From: Macrostomum lignano
Taxonomy: Eukaryota
NCBI GenBank assembly: GCA_002269645.1
Contig: NIVC01002292.1
Span: forward strand, 549-64,548
DNA length: 64,000 nt
Reading direction: 5' to 3'
The notes under the pieces were generated by a model. That model ran no database searches and was not told the DNA's origin. It saw only the letters and a program-made list of their open reading frames with translations. This document shows positions 48,001 to 59,500 of this stretch, one piece after another; positions within the stretch are counted from its first letter, which is position 1; each line of letters opens with the position of its first letter. The translations under genes were made by a program, and so were the position numbers.

Positions 48001-49429
48001 CTATAAAGCTAGGAGAGGAAAGATCGGGACCAGGATCGCGAGAACCAGTGTCGGGTCCACGATTTTTCCCGGAGGTCATGACCCCCTAATTTTCTCGTGT
48101 GGGTGGAGTCAGCCGATCACCTTCTTGACGCCTTGGATCCACCAGTGTTCTTTAATTTGTTTTGACATAAGAAATGAACAAAGCGCAACTTTCTGGACCT
48201 GACCGCAGTATCGCGAATTTGAATAAACATAAGGACGATTTGAATCGCATTTTGAACTTAAACATCCAGTACGTTAAGTTATAGCTCTGAACTTGAGCCA
48301 GCTACTTTTAAGCAATATAACTACGAAAAAGTTAGAGGAAACATTTTTTTCTGCTTCCCGAGAGTAATGTCCCCTAATTTTGGATAGGAGGTGGGCCAAC
48401 CGCCTTTGACGACCCAATTCCCCCTGAATTCGCCAGTAATTGAGATGAATATTACAAGACAGTGGGTGTCAAGTCCCCTAATTCAGTGCATGTTTTAGTC
48501 TACTAGCCAATAATAGCGTACATGTAGTAGTCAGATTGATGAAAAAGAAAAATTATCTGAATTCTATATTCTACATCAATTACAGTCTTCAATCTGACGA
48601 GAGCCGAGAGGATGTAACTAAATTTGTGGGTGTTTTTCAGAACAATAGGTTACGCTGCACATGTTTGACATTGTTTTCATTTCTTAGCACACACAACAAG
48701 AATCAGTGAATATCAATCATTTTTGCTACTAGCATTTCACCATTTTTTTTCTTTGTAAGAACGACTATTTTATCTTAAATCGAAATCACTTCCTTCCAGG
48801 CGCGGCGGAGCCGGGGGGCAGGGTGGGCAATTACATGCCTACCCAATAAATTTGTTGCGGGGGGCATTCATTGCCTTCCCAATATTGCAATCACATCAAA
48901 TGATAAAGGCACGTCCTGCCCCCCCCCACTAACTTTTGCGCCCCTCTCTTCCTCAGATTCAGACTCATGCTTATCGCCCGCCTCACTCTCCCGTGAACCA
49001 ATCCTGAGTGCGACATTCCCAAAACTTAACTGGGAAATTCCTAGTAAAACAAAGTATAAAGCGTATCGTATTGGAATGACTAATGTATATATTGCATTCC
49101 AGTATACGAGCGAAAAGAAAAAATAACGATACAAAATTAAAATAATAAGTATTGAACAGTTAATTATAATTTGAAATAGGAAAACAATTAGGTTATAGTT
49201 AACGCGATAATACTACTGAAAAATCTACGAATTCAAATACGTTTCAGATTGAAAACCTGTTAAGTGTCTAGTGACTAGGCACTAGGCAGTTGCTACATTC
49301 GAAATTATTTTATGGATTTGTAATGCTTGGGCCTGCTATAGTTTAATACTTCTGAACGAAAGAATATTCATTAAGTAGTTTATGTCTGCTTCTAAAATAT
49401 TTCAAGTTATTCGTATTCAACTCTGCAAA

Positions 49430-52196
49430 ATGCGAACTATTGCGACTGCACTTGGTCTTTGCGTCATTATGATGCTTCTTTTTAGTAGTTTTCATACTGG
49501 TGCATCGGCCAAAGGACCCAAAGTAACTGACAAGGTAACAATATATAAACAAAAAAGTACTTTAATTATATACATGTCATAATAGTATATACAAGGACCA
49601 CTGGGTTCACAAAGTTAAGTCAATGATTGATGATAGCATGGTTGTTTACCTGTTTAGTTGCTTAATAATATAAATGTATTTAGATTAAAAGAATATTGTT
49701 TAAATAAAAGTAGGCACTCAATAAATAGGCCGCTAATAACATGTTATAGGCCTAGTTTCTCCTTAAAATATATTGTTTCTTACTAAGCTTAATAAGGTTA
49801 CTTAAAAATGATTATCTTCTATAAAAATAATTTATTCATGCAAAACCATAGTTTGCCAAATATGTTATTGTCTTCTAAAAGCAGTAGAGAAAAAAATTAT
49901 CAAGGACCTAAGAGATAAATAAACAGCTAAAGGCCAAAGTTTGCCTATGCATGCCCATACATGCGCAACAGTCGGCCGAGTCGGCCGATCCGGCCGACCG
50001 ATTTGGCGGCCAACCAAGGAAGTCGCAAAAACACCCACCCAAAAAACACAAAGTAGTAGTACTAAGTAGCTGACGAGGCATTTTGGCTTAATAAGAAAGT
50101 TATAGTTACTCCTGCCGTTTACCCAAAGTTGCGTTAATTTTGCTATAGGGTTTTTTACATGTAAGTCGCATTTTTTGCCAAAAACTACGTCGCATTTTTG
50201 TTAAAACTAAGTCGCATGGCCGACCAAATTTTGGAGGTTGCGCATGTATGTGCATGCCAATGCATTTGCCAATAGAATAGGCTTTTACCAGTTATTAAAT
50301 TTGGTATTCTTATTTTTTATTATATAATAGCTCAAGACTAAAGTTTACAAAAACCTATTGCATATATTTTTTACATTGTTTAGTTATCAAAAAAGCTATT
50401 TTGAATCCCAAGAATAATGGAAATTTATCTTTATTTCTAGATTTATATATAAATAGTTTTGGGGATTGGAATTTATTGGGCTCAAAATCTATTGGTTTCA
50501 ACCTCTTATAATAAAAGTTATAACAGTGGCAAATCTAGGATTTTTAAAGTAAGGGGGCAGTCCTAGGCAGAATGGCCCAACTTTTTGGGTTGGCCTAAAA
50601 TAAGCTTTAAATAAGCCAAAAGTTGCAATGCTCTCCCCTTATATACAAGTTCAGCCATGGCAAAAGAGGAGGGTGACTGCCCCCTTCTCCTGCCCCCCTT
50701 CTGGATCTGCCACTGAGTTTTAATTTATATATTGTCAAACAACTTTATTTAGGCCTAACAAATTTCTAATAGCAATAAACATACTTATATCTATTTAACA
50801 ATCTTAACTTACATTAGGTTATGTAAGGACAATAAAAAATTTTTTATATAATATAAAAGTAATAGTTTGTGTCCAAGTCTAATATTTTTAGTACTTATAT
50901 ATTAATAGTATATAGTATTTAACTTAAAATATTAAGTTAATAGTATTTTAGTTTTTGACTAGGCTTATAATGGTGCCATTCTACCATTAGACTTGAACAA
51001 GGCTATATTTATAGCTTATATATATATTATTATTATATTTTTTATAGTGTTATAGCATACCATAGCTATAGTCATAGTTGCAGTGGAACATTAACTATTA
51101 TAGTACTTTAAGTAAAAGTTTATAGATATTTTAGCTAGATTTTCTGTGTAGTTATTTTATGATCAAGAATAAAATCATCCAGGTAAATAGCCTATATCTA
51201 GCACCCATAATTGGCTTAGGATTGCCATGTATTCACATATAAGGGCCAACCCCTATGGCATAGAAAGTGTATATGCATGACAATTTGAAATTTAAGGCTG
51301 CTTTAGTGCTATACAGCTTGTGTATAGGCCAGGAGTCAATGGAATAGGCAGAAAGCTTTGCCATCTAATCCTGCTTTAGCTCTCATTAAATTTTCAAATA
51401 CTGGTGTGAGTGCACTGTGTGGCTTGCTAATTTTGTAATGAAATCAGGAGTTGAAAAGCCTCTATCCAGCTTTTGGGTCCTTTGAAACTTTACAATAGCA
51501 GTCTGGCCTGTTTGAGGTCTCTTCTCAACTCTCTTACCTCCTGTTCCTTCCCTCTCCTTTCCTCTCTCATCTGGCCCGCAGCCATTAGCTAGGTTCTTTA
51601 TCTGGCTTTTGAGAAAAGTTTGCCGGACCCTGATCTAAATAAACCTTCGCTCCCAGGTGTTCTTCGACATCACCATCGGTGGGAAGCCAGCTGGCCGCAT
51701 CGTCATCGGCCTGTTTGGCGGCAGCGTGCCAAAAACTGTGAAGAATTTCAAGTCGCTGGCGGAGGGCGTGCCCCAGGAGTCTGGCGGCAGCATGGGCTAC
51801 AAGGGGTCCAAGTTTCACCGCGTCATCAAGGGCTTCATGATTCAGGGCGGCGATTTCACTAAAGGCGACGGCACCGGAGGCAAGTCCATCTATGGCGAGA
51901 AGTTCAAGGACGAGAACTTCAAGCTGAAGCATTACGGCGCCGGCTGGTGCTCCATGGCCAACGCTGGCCCGGACACAAATGGCAGCCAGTTCTTCATCAC
52001 CGTGGCGAAGACCCAGTGGCTGGACGGCCGGCACGTTGTATTCGGCAAAGTGCTAGAGGGCATGAGCGTGGTGAGGACGATCGAGACCACCCCAACTAAC
52101 CAGAATGACCGGCCATCTCAGGATGTGGTCATCGCCGACTGCGGCTCGCTACCTGTTGACCAGCCGTTCGCTGTTGAAAAGGCTCCGTCTGATTAG
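49430..52196 (+). CDS. PPIB: Cyclophilin B, ER peptidyl-prolyl cis-trans isomerase (exons 49430-49534, 51657-52196; 214 aa)
   Basis: Signal peptide plus KGPKVTDK|VFFDITIGG across a phase-0 intron. [43 protein letters not shown], and a CypB-type C-terminus PFAVEK. Confidence 0.96.
49951..50164 (-). repeat. CpG-intact copy of the dispersed repeat at 3461-3670, inside the PPIB intron
   Basis: Inverted match to 3461-3670. Retains GTCGGCCGAGTCGGCCG. Confidence 0.9.
50524..50715. mobile_element. Decayed hAT-type MITE
   Basis: Ends CAGTGGCAAATCTAG / CTGGATCTGCCACTG are consistent with an original CAGTGGCGGATCCAG TIR. 8-bp TSD AGTTATAA / AGTTTTAA. Confidence 0.7.
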
Positions 52197-52989
52197 CTTC
52201 TCGTGGGGCTTCTAGATTCACTTCACAACTCTGCTCGTTCGCTACTACTCTTAGTACCTGTTTTTAAGTAGTACAAAATCGACAAAACAATTTATTACAG
52301 TTTTGCAAGTAGTTTAATCGTATCTTTATTCGGCTGGAATGATTTTTCTTTTGCTAACTCATTTTATAAATTTTCAAACAGACTGGGGCCTATCCAAAGC
52401 CTAAATAGTTTCCCTACTTGGACTGGGGAAAAGTACTTTATAATTTAACTCAGAATCTGAGTAAGTGCACGTTGACTCACTATAAATTGATGCAATCTAC
52501 TTTACAAATACAATTTGTTTGTATTTGTCAGCCTGTACCCCACACATTTGTTTGTTTGCTTTTCCCAGTTGCCAATATTGAAATTATTATAAAATTAACT
52601 AAATTGAATATTATAGTTCTCTGTTGATTTTGGTTTTATTAGTCTTTGGTGTCCGGTGCATCATTTTGTAGGTCTCCGTATTGGATTGAAAACTTGGTGT
52701 CGCTTGTGTGTCTTGTTCTGTACGCAATTTTCTGATTCTCTCTGATAGATTGTTCCCTCTTTCGCTTACAAGCTTATTGATTACTGATCTGCCCGCGTTT
52801 TTTAAACAAATAATTATCAGTAGCTATTTGTTCTGCCAGCTCGCTTGACCCACTGTGCACTTGTATAAACACCGAGTTGGAATCCCAAATACACTCTGCA
52901 AGTCTGCTATTGTCTTCTTTCTCTTGCAGATTTCTGTCGGCATCTTGAAATTTACATTGCGGCTGTCGTGCGCTTGTGGATTTCATTAA

Positions 52990-54290
52990 TTTCTGAAATT
53001 TCGGAGGGAAGGTGGAGAGGCAGATTCTCAGGCACTGAGGGGGAGCGGAGAGGCAGACTCTCAAGCACTGAGGGAGAGTGGAAAGGCAGATTCTCAGGCA
53101 CTGAGGGAGAGCGGAAAGGCAGATTCTCAGGCACTGAGGGAGAAGCAGATTCTCAAGCACTGATGGAGAGGCAGATTCTCAAGCACTGAGGGAGAGCGGA
53201 GAGGCAGATTCTCAGGCACTGAGGGAGAGCGGAGAAGCAGATTCTCAGGCACTGAGGGAGAGCGAAGAGGCAGATTCTCAGGCACTGAGGGAGAGCGAAG
53301 AGGCAGATTCTCAGGCACTGAGGGAGAGCGGAAAGGCAGATTCTCAGGCACTGAGGGAGAAGCAGATTCTCAAGCACTGATGGAGAGGCAGATTCTCAAG
53401 CACTGAGGGAGAGCGGAGAGGCAGATTCTCAGGCACTGAGGGAGAGCGGAGAAGCAGATTCTCAGGCACTGAGGGAGAGCGAAGAGGCAGATTCTCAGGC
53501 ACTGAGGGAGAGCGAAGAGGCAGATTCTCAGGCACTGAGGGAGAGCGGAAAGGCAGATTCTCAGGCACTGAGGGAGAAGCAGATTCTCAAGCACTGATGG
53601 AGAGGCAGATTCTCAAGCACTGAGGGAGAGCGGAGAGGCAGATTCTCAGGCACTGAGGGAGAGCGGAGAAGCAGATTCTCAGGCACTGAGGGAGAGCGAA
53701 GAGGCAGATTCTCAGGCACTGAGGGAGAGCGAAGAGGCAGATTCTCAAGCACTGAGGGAGAGCGGAGAGGCAGATTCTCAGGCACTAAGGGAGAGCGGAG
53801 AGGCAGATTCTCAGGCACTGAGGGAGAGGCAGATTCTCAAGCACTGAGGAGAGCAGAGGCAGATTCTCAAGCACTGAGGGAGAGCAGAGGCAGATTCTCA
53901 AGCACTGAGGGAGAGCAGAGGCAGATTCTCAAGCACTGAGGGAGAGCGGAGAGGCAGATTCTCAAGCACTGAGGGAGAGCAGAGGCAGATTCTCAGGCAC
54001 TGAGGGAGAGGCAGATTCTCAAGCACTGATGGAGAGCGGAGAGGCAGATTCTCAAGCACTGAGGGAGAGCAGAGCAGATTCTCAAGCAATGAGGGAGAGC
54101 GGAGAGGCAGATTCTCAAGCACTGAGGGAGAGCGGAGAGGCAGGTTCTCAAGCACTGAGGGAGAGCGGAGAGGCAGGTTCTCAGGCACTAAGGGAGAGCG
54201 AAGAGGCAGATTTTCAGGCACTGAGGGAGAGCGGAGAGGCAGATTTTCAGGCACTGAGGGAGAGCGGAGAGGCAGACTCTCAAGCACTGA
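52990..54290. repeat. ~33-bp minisatellite (GAGGCAGATTCTCAGGCACTGAGGGAGAGCGGA) with a 217-bp higher-order repeat
   Basis: Monomer period is 33. The diagnostic variant TGATGGAGAG recurs at 53161, 53378 and 53595. Confidence 0.96.
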
Positions 54291-55069
54291 CTGAAGGGAG
54301 TGCGTATTTGCAAACATCAGCAAGCAATTGCATTTTTGAGATTTGGAAATCCCCAGTTTTGAGGAACTGCTGCCCACAGACATTTCGCAGATGAGCGATC
54401 TAATGCTCGCCTTGCACTCTTGACAAGCCGAAGTAACACGTCTCTAAATCAATGCTCTAAATAGATTTTGCAACTATAGCAGCTAAATTGATTGTAAAGA
54501 TTCATCAGGCACAGGCCGTTCGCATGGCAACCCAGCCAGTGGTGATGCAGCAGCCAAGCTCAATCATTGGGCACCGGAGCTGCACAGAAGGGGCAGGTTT
54601 GCAATCAGGCGGACTCGACGCGGCGCAGCCGAAAGACCATGTGGGTCAGAAGATGCACACGATGGTCAGATGTGCTGCCATCGCCTGCGCTCCCTGCGGC
54701 GCTTCGCTGCTGAACTGCTGCCAGCTGGTCCATCCCTGCTGCACGGGCAGTCGGCGCGACACCTGGAGAGCTGGAGTTTATTAACTAGAAGCAACTGCTA
54801 CACCTGCTTTTTGCACGAGTTCTTTGACTGACAGGACTAGAAAAACATTTCTCGGAAAAAAAAAATATTTTCCAATCAAAGCCACTCGCTATGCTTTCCC
54901 TTTCAGTGCTGTGGTTATACAAGTATGCATTGCACACTTTTTAAGGGCTATAGAGGGTTACTGGATCGTTCTGAATTGACCAAATGTGCCTCTAAATCAC
55001 CGGAATAAAACAGCATGTGCATTGGATTTTAAAATGCGAAATGTTAACGCCTAAAGTGAAGTGAAGCAC

Positions 55070-55830
55070 TCATCCTCAGTTGCTGGTTAAACCTCCAAAA
55101 TCCTCAGTTGCTGAGCCAGCCTCCCAGATCCTAGGTTGCTGAGCCAGCCTCCCAAATCCCCAGTTGCTGGAACAGCCTCCCAGATCCTCAGTTGCTGGGC
55201 CAGCCTCCCAGATTCTCAGTTGCTGGGCCAGCCTCCCAGATTCTCAGTTGCTGGGCCAGCCTCCCAGATCCTCAGTTGCTGGGCCAACCTCCCAGATCCT
55301 CAGTTGCTGGGCCAGCCTCTCAGATTCCCAGTTGCTGGGCCAACCTCCCAGAGTGTCAGTTGCTGGGCCAGCCTCCCAGAGTGTCAGTTGCTGGGCCAGC
55401 CTCCCAGATCTTCAGTTGCTGGGCCAGCCTCCCAGAGTGTCAGTTGTTGGGCCAGCCTCCCAGGATGTCAGTTGCTGGGCCAGCCTCCCAGATCCCCAGT
55501 TGCTGGGCCAGCCTCTCAGATCCTCACTTGTTGGGCCATGCAACCTCCCAGATTCCCAGTTGCTGGGCCAGCCTCCCAGATCCCCTGTTGCTGGGCCAGC
55601 CTCCCAGATTCTCAGTTGCTGGGCCAGCCTCCCAGAGTGTCAGTTGCTGGGCCAACCCCCCAGATCCTCAGTTGCTGGGCCAGCCTTCCAGAAGGTCAGT
55701 TGCTGGGCCAGCCTTCCAGAAGGTCAGTTGCTGGGCCAGCCTCCCAGATCCCCAACTGCTGGGCCGGCCTTCCAGATCCCCAGTTGCTGGGCCAGCCTCC
55801 CAGATCCCCAGTTGCTGGGCCACAGCCGCT
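55070..55830. repeat. 28-bp minisatellite CAGTTGCTGGGCCAGCCTCCCAGATCCT
   Basis: Directly visible, about 27 units. Confidence 0.96.
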
Positions 55831-56569
55831 AACTCTCAGATCCTCGATCAGTTACTGAACCTTCACCTTTCACACCCTTTCCAAATTTCTGATAGTTAAA
55901 AATTGGAAGGCCGATTTGATTGGAAAAACTCTCAAGATTCGATGTTTTTTTAATTAAAGTGGACAAGATTTTAACTCAAGCTGCGCCAAATGCATGGCTA
56001 CCCGCTTTTTTGCTGTTCAGAAGACCAGCGAGTCTGAAAGTTTTCTCTGCACTAAGAGTAATATTGGCCTTTAAGTCTAGCACTACTACTAAACTATATT
56101 TCTGGATCGTGCATTAAATGACCCCAGCCAATACGCGATCACAAGCCGTTTAAGCACGGTTTTAGGGTTTGATGCAGGGATGCAGAATCGTGTTTAATTG
56201 AAAAGCAAGTCTCCCACTAACGATAAAATTGCTCCTGACCAGGCTCAATTGGCTTTTTTGTTTCCAGCCAGCTCTCTGCACTCTCATTTACTCCACCCAC
56301 CAATTAGCTTCAAAACTGAGTGTACAGCAATTAGCTGTACTGAGTGTACACTGGCCAAGTGCATTGGACAGACAAGTCTTGCTATGAAGTACAAGGTACG
56401 AGCGTAATAAGCTACAAGGTACTAAAACCCAATGTACATAGCAGGCAGATATTTTGATACTAAAAGCTGCAGTTCTTCCCTCATTCTATAGTTTTCATTT
56501 CTATTGCAAACTAAACTGAAAATTGGCAGAATTCATTCTGCGATATTTTTTTTCTACGTCGTAAGAAGT

Positions 56570-59500
56570 ATGCCGGATCCGTTGGTAAGTTGATAATTAA
56601 ATGGATATTAAATGGATATTGCACTGGTTTTAATATGGAGTGGATCAATCACTCGCATGGATGGAGGCATATCATATTTTTGGGTCTCATTTCTGTGGCT
56701 CTTGTCTATATATTGATGAGCCGATCGACTGACTTTTCGTGATGATTCGATCACGGAGATGTTACACTTGCAGAAAATGGTGTTATAAAGTGGAGAATTT
56801 CGAGTAAGAATCTTCCGAATGTTTTGGGATCGCGCTCTGAGGATTTGAATAAAATTTTAAGTCCACCTATTTTTCAAGATTCGCTGAGTCAATTTATAGT
56901 TCGGCTGATCTCAAAGAGCCAGCAGAGATTGCTATGAGGCGAGGGGGTGAAGGGATAGCCAAGCTTCTTGCTTGATTTTTACAAGGGTTTATTTCTAGCA
57001 TTCCCCCCAAAGTCTTTCCCATTGAATATATTTCCTTAGCACACTACTGCTCCCAATTGGTTGAGACTGAGACCGAATCTCCTGCTGGTTAGAGCACTCG
57101 CATTGGTTGGTATAGCATTCAGAGCCAGAGGGATTACATGATCACTCAATCGGATGCAAACGCAGGCACATGTCATGAGAGAGATTCATGCATCTAGAGT
57201 ACGTAGGTCCTCACTCTCGTCGTTAGGCATCGCACACATTCCATAGCTTCGAGTTTGACTACCCATGGGTGGGAATGGCACCTGTTTATAGGTGTTAACC
57301 CAGGGGATTTTGTATCAGTCCGGATCTCAGAAAACTGCTGCATACCTGTGATACAGATGCCCTATTATTAACCACGTGTTTAAAAAACCCCTATTTGCTT
57401 CAGTCCCAGACCAGCGAGATCGCAGAGAAGCTGAAGGAGGGAAACTACGGTCTGCTGTTGGATCTCGTAGCCAAGGAGGACCTGACCCCGTCAGACTGCA
57501 GGGCGGTCCTGGCTGAATGCGCCGGGACTCCCGGCGGTCTGCGCGCGAACTGCGCCAAGAGCTTCGAGCTGCTGATTGACCGGTCAGCTTGCGAGCTTCA
57601 CAGTGCCGATGAGAACGGGGACAGCCTCGCCCATCTGGCCGCCCGGCATGGCAACTTGATGTTGCTGGCTCTGCTCCCGGCTGAAATCAAATTCCAGACC
57701 AACAACAAGGGACTCACGCCATTTATGGAGGCCGCCCAATCCGGGAAGACCCGCTGTGCGAAGCACTTGATGCACCTGTTCAGGCAGACACACCTGGCCA
57801 GCAACTGGCAGGCAGTTCTGTGCAAAAATAACTCGGAAGGTCGGACGGCGCTGGACATGGCTGAGGAGTGCGGCTGGCACGAGTTGGCCAAGATAATTGA
57901 GGCGTGAGTGAGGCAGCATATAATATAAAGAATCCGATTTTTAAATGTTAAAACAGTTTGATAAATACTTGTACACCGATCATTTTAGTGAACTGAAGTT
58001 ACTTGAGAACGGCCTGACGCCCCAGGTGAGTGTTCAAAAACTTGCTTGCAGATTAATTTAGCATCCTTAGACTAATGAACGGCTATAGTTTGTACTTTTA
58101 AAAATCGTGGTGCCAAGCGGACACGTTGTCAAAATGTCAATTTTGGAGTTGCCATTAATTGTCATTACACACTTGCGTGACAATGACGATTCGAGGCACA
58201 TGCGAGCGTAAACATGATTGTGTGCTCAGTGCTTGAGCCTGTGGCAAGCGTCTAAAGTCCTTAATCCCCAAAAATTGTCTAATATACGTACCTTCCAGCA
58301 AGAGCGAATTCGCAAACAGCTGGAGCAGCTCGCCCTTGCTGGCAATCTCGCCGAGCTCAAGCTGCTGGCCACCAGCGCCAACTGCGACTTGCCCGACGGT
58401 GCCGGCAAGACTGCGCTGATGCGAGTCTCCGAGTGCAAGTCAGCCGGCCTTGAGGTGCTGAAGCTCCTGGCAGGTCTTGGCGACCCCACGGCACCTGACG
58501 CCAACGGCTGGAGCAGTCTGCACTCGGCCGCCGCAGCCGGCTGGGAGGGCGCGATGTGGGCGCTCGCCGACTCCGGGGCGGCCGTGAACTGCGGCGACCA
58601 CCGCAACTGGACGGCCCTCATGCAGGCGGCCAGCCGCGACCACGTGGACAGCGTCAGGGCGCTGCTTCGGCTTGGCGCCAACTGGGAGCTGCGAGACAAC
58701 AGCGGGAGCACCGCGTTGTACTATGCTGATAGGAACTGCTGCAAGCAGACCTCCGTACTGCTGGGCCAGTGAGAACTCTCTATTTGTTATCTTGTTGTGT
58801 GCTGCAATTTTTCTATTTTACTACAACACCTAGACTCGCTAAATGACGCCCCAAGGTTCGCGGATAAATCATTCTTCAAGGAGAAGCTGCGAGTTCACCC
58901 GTGAGAAATTTGCTCTTTGATCTGTTACAAGCCATTACGAGCCACGATGCTGTTTTCACGGATGATGAAATGCCCTCTTTTTCAGGCTTCTGGCTAGCGC
59001 AGACTCTGCAACTCTGCCTACAATGAGGTCTTTTAACAACCGTCCGACTCTGCCGGTTCGTGCTCCAGGTAACAGCGGTATTAAGCAGCAAGAAGGCTCA
59101 AGGCTTGATCTGAACAGCAAGCTGGATGCACTTAATGCAGCTGCTGCAATGCAAGCAAAAGAGACGCCGGTGGCAGCTGGTGAAGTATCAATGGAAACAG
59201 AAGCAGCAAAACCAACGGAGAGTAGCACGGTTCCGAAAGTGGAATGGTGAGTTGCATTGCAGATGGTTTTTTATAATTTGTTAGTCATTTCTAACTTAAC
59301 CGAAATCAGTTTGTTTGGTGTTTAATTGGTGACAGAAGACCCTCAGGCAGCGAACTGGAAGATCAAATTGCTTTTCATACCCTGAGCATTGAGCTTACAC
59401 ACAATACACAATGAGCTTACCCTTGCAGCAAGTCCGTCATGAAGAGCATAAAATTCGGCGAAGAGATCGGTCGGGGCGCATTCGGAACTGTTTGCCGGGC

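Noticed and set aside
58834-58900. Extra mini-exons in the ANK-kinase-caspase gene (58834-58855, 58881-58900, and an open frame from 60443)
   Set aside because: Their phases introduce a stop or lack a matching donor, while direct splicing is phase-consistent. They remain possible only as alternative exons.
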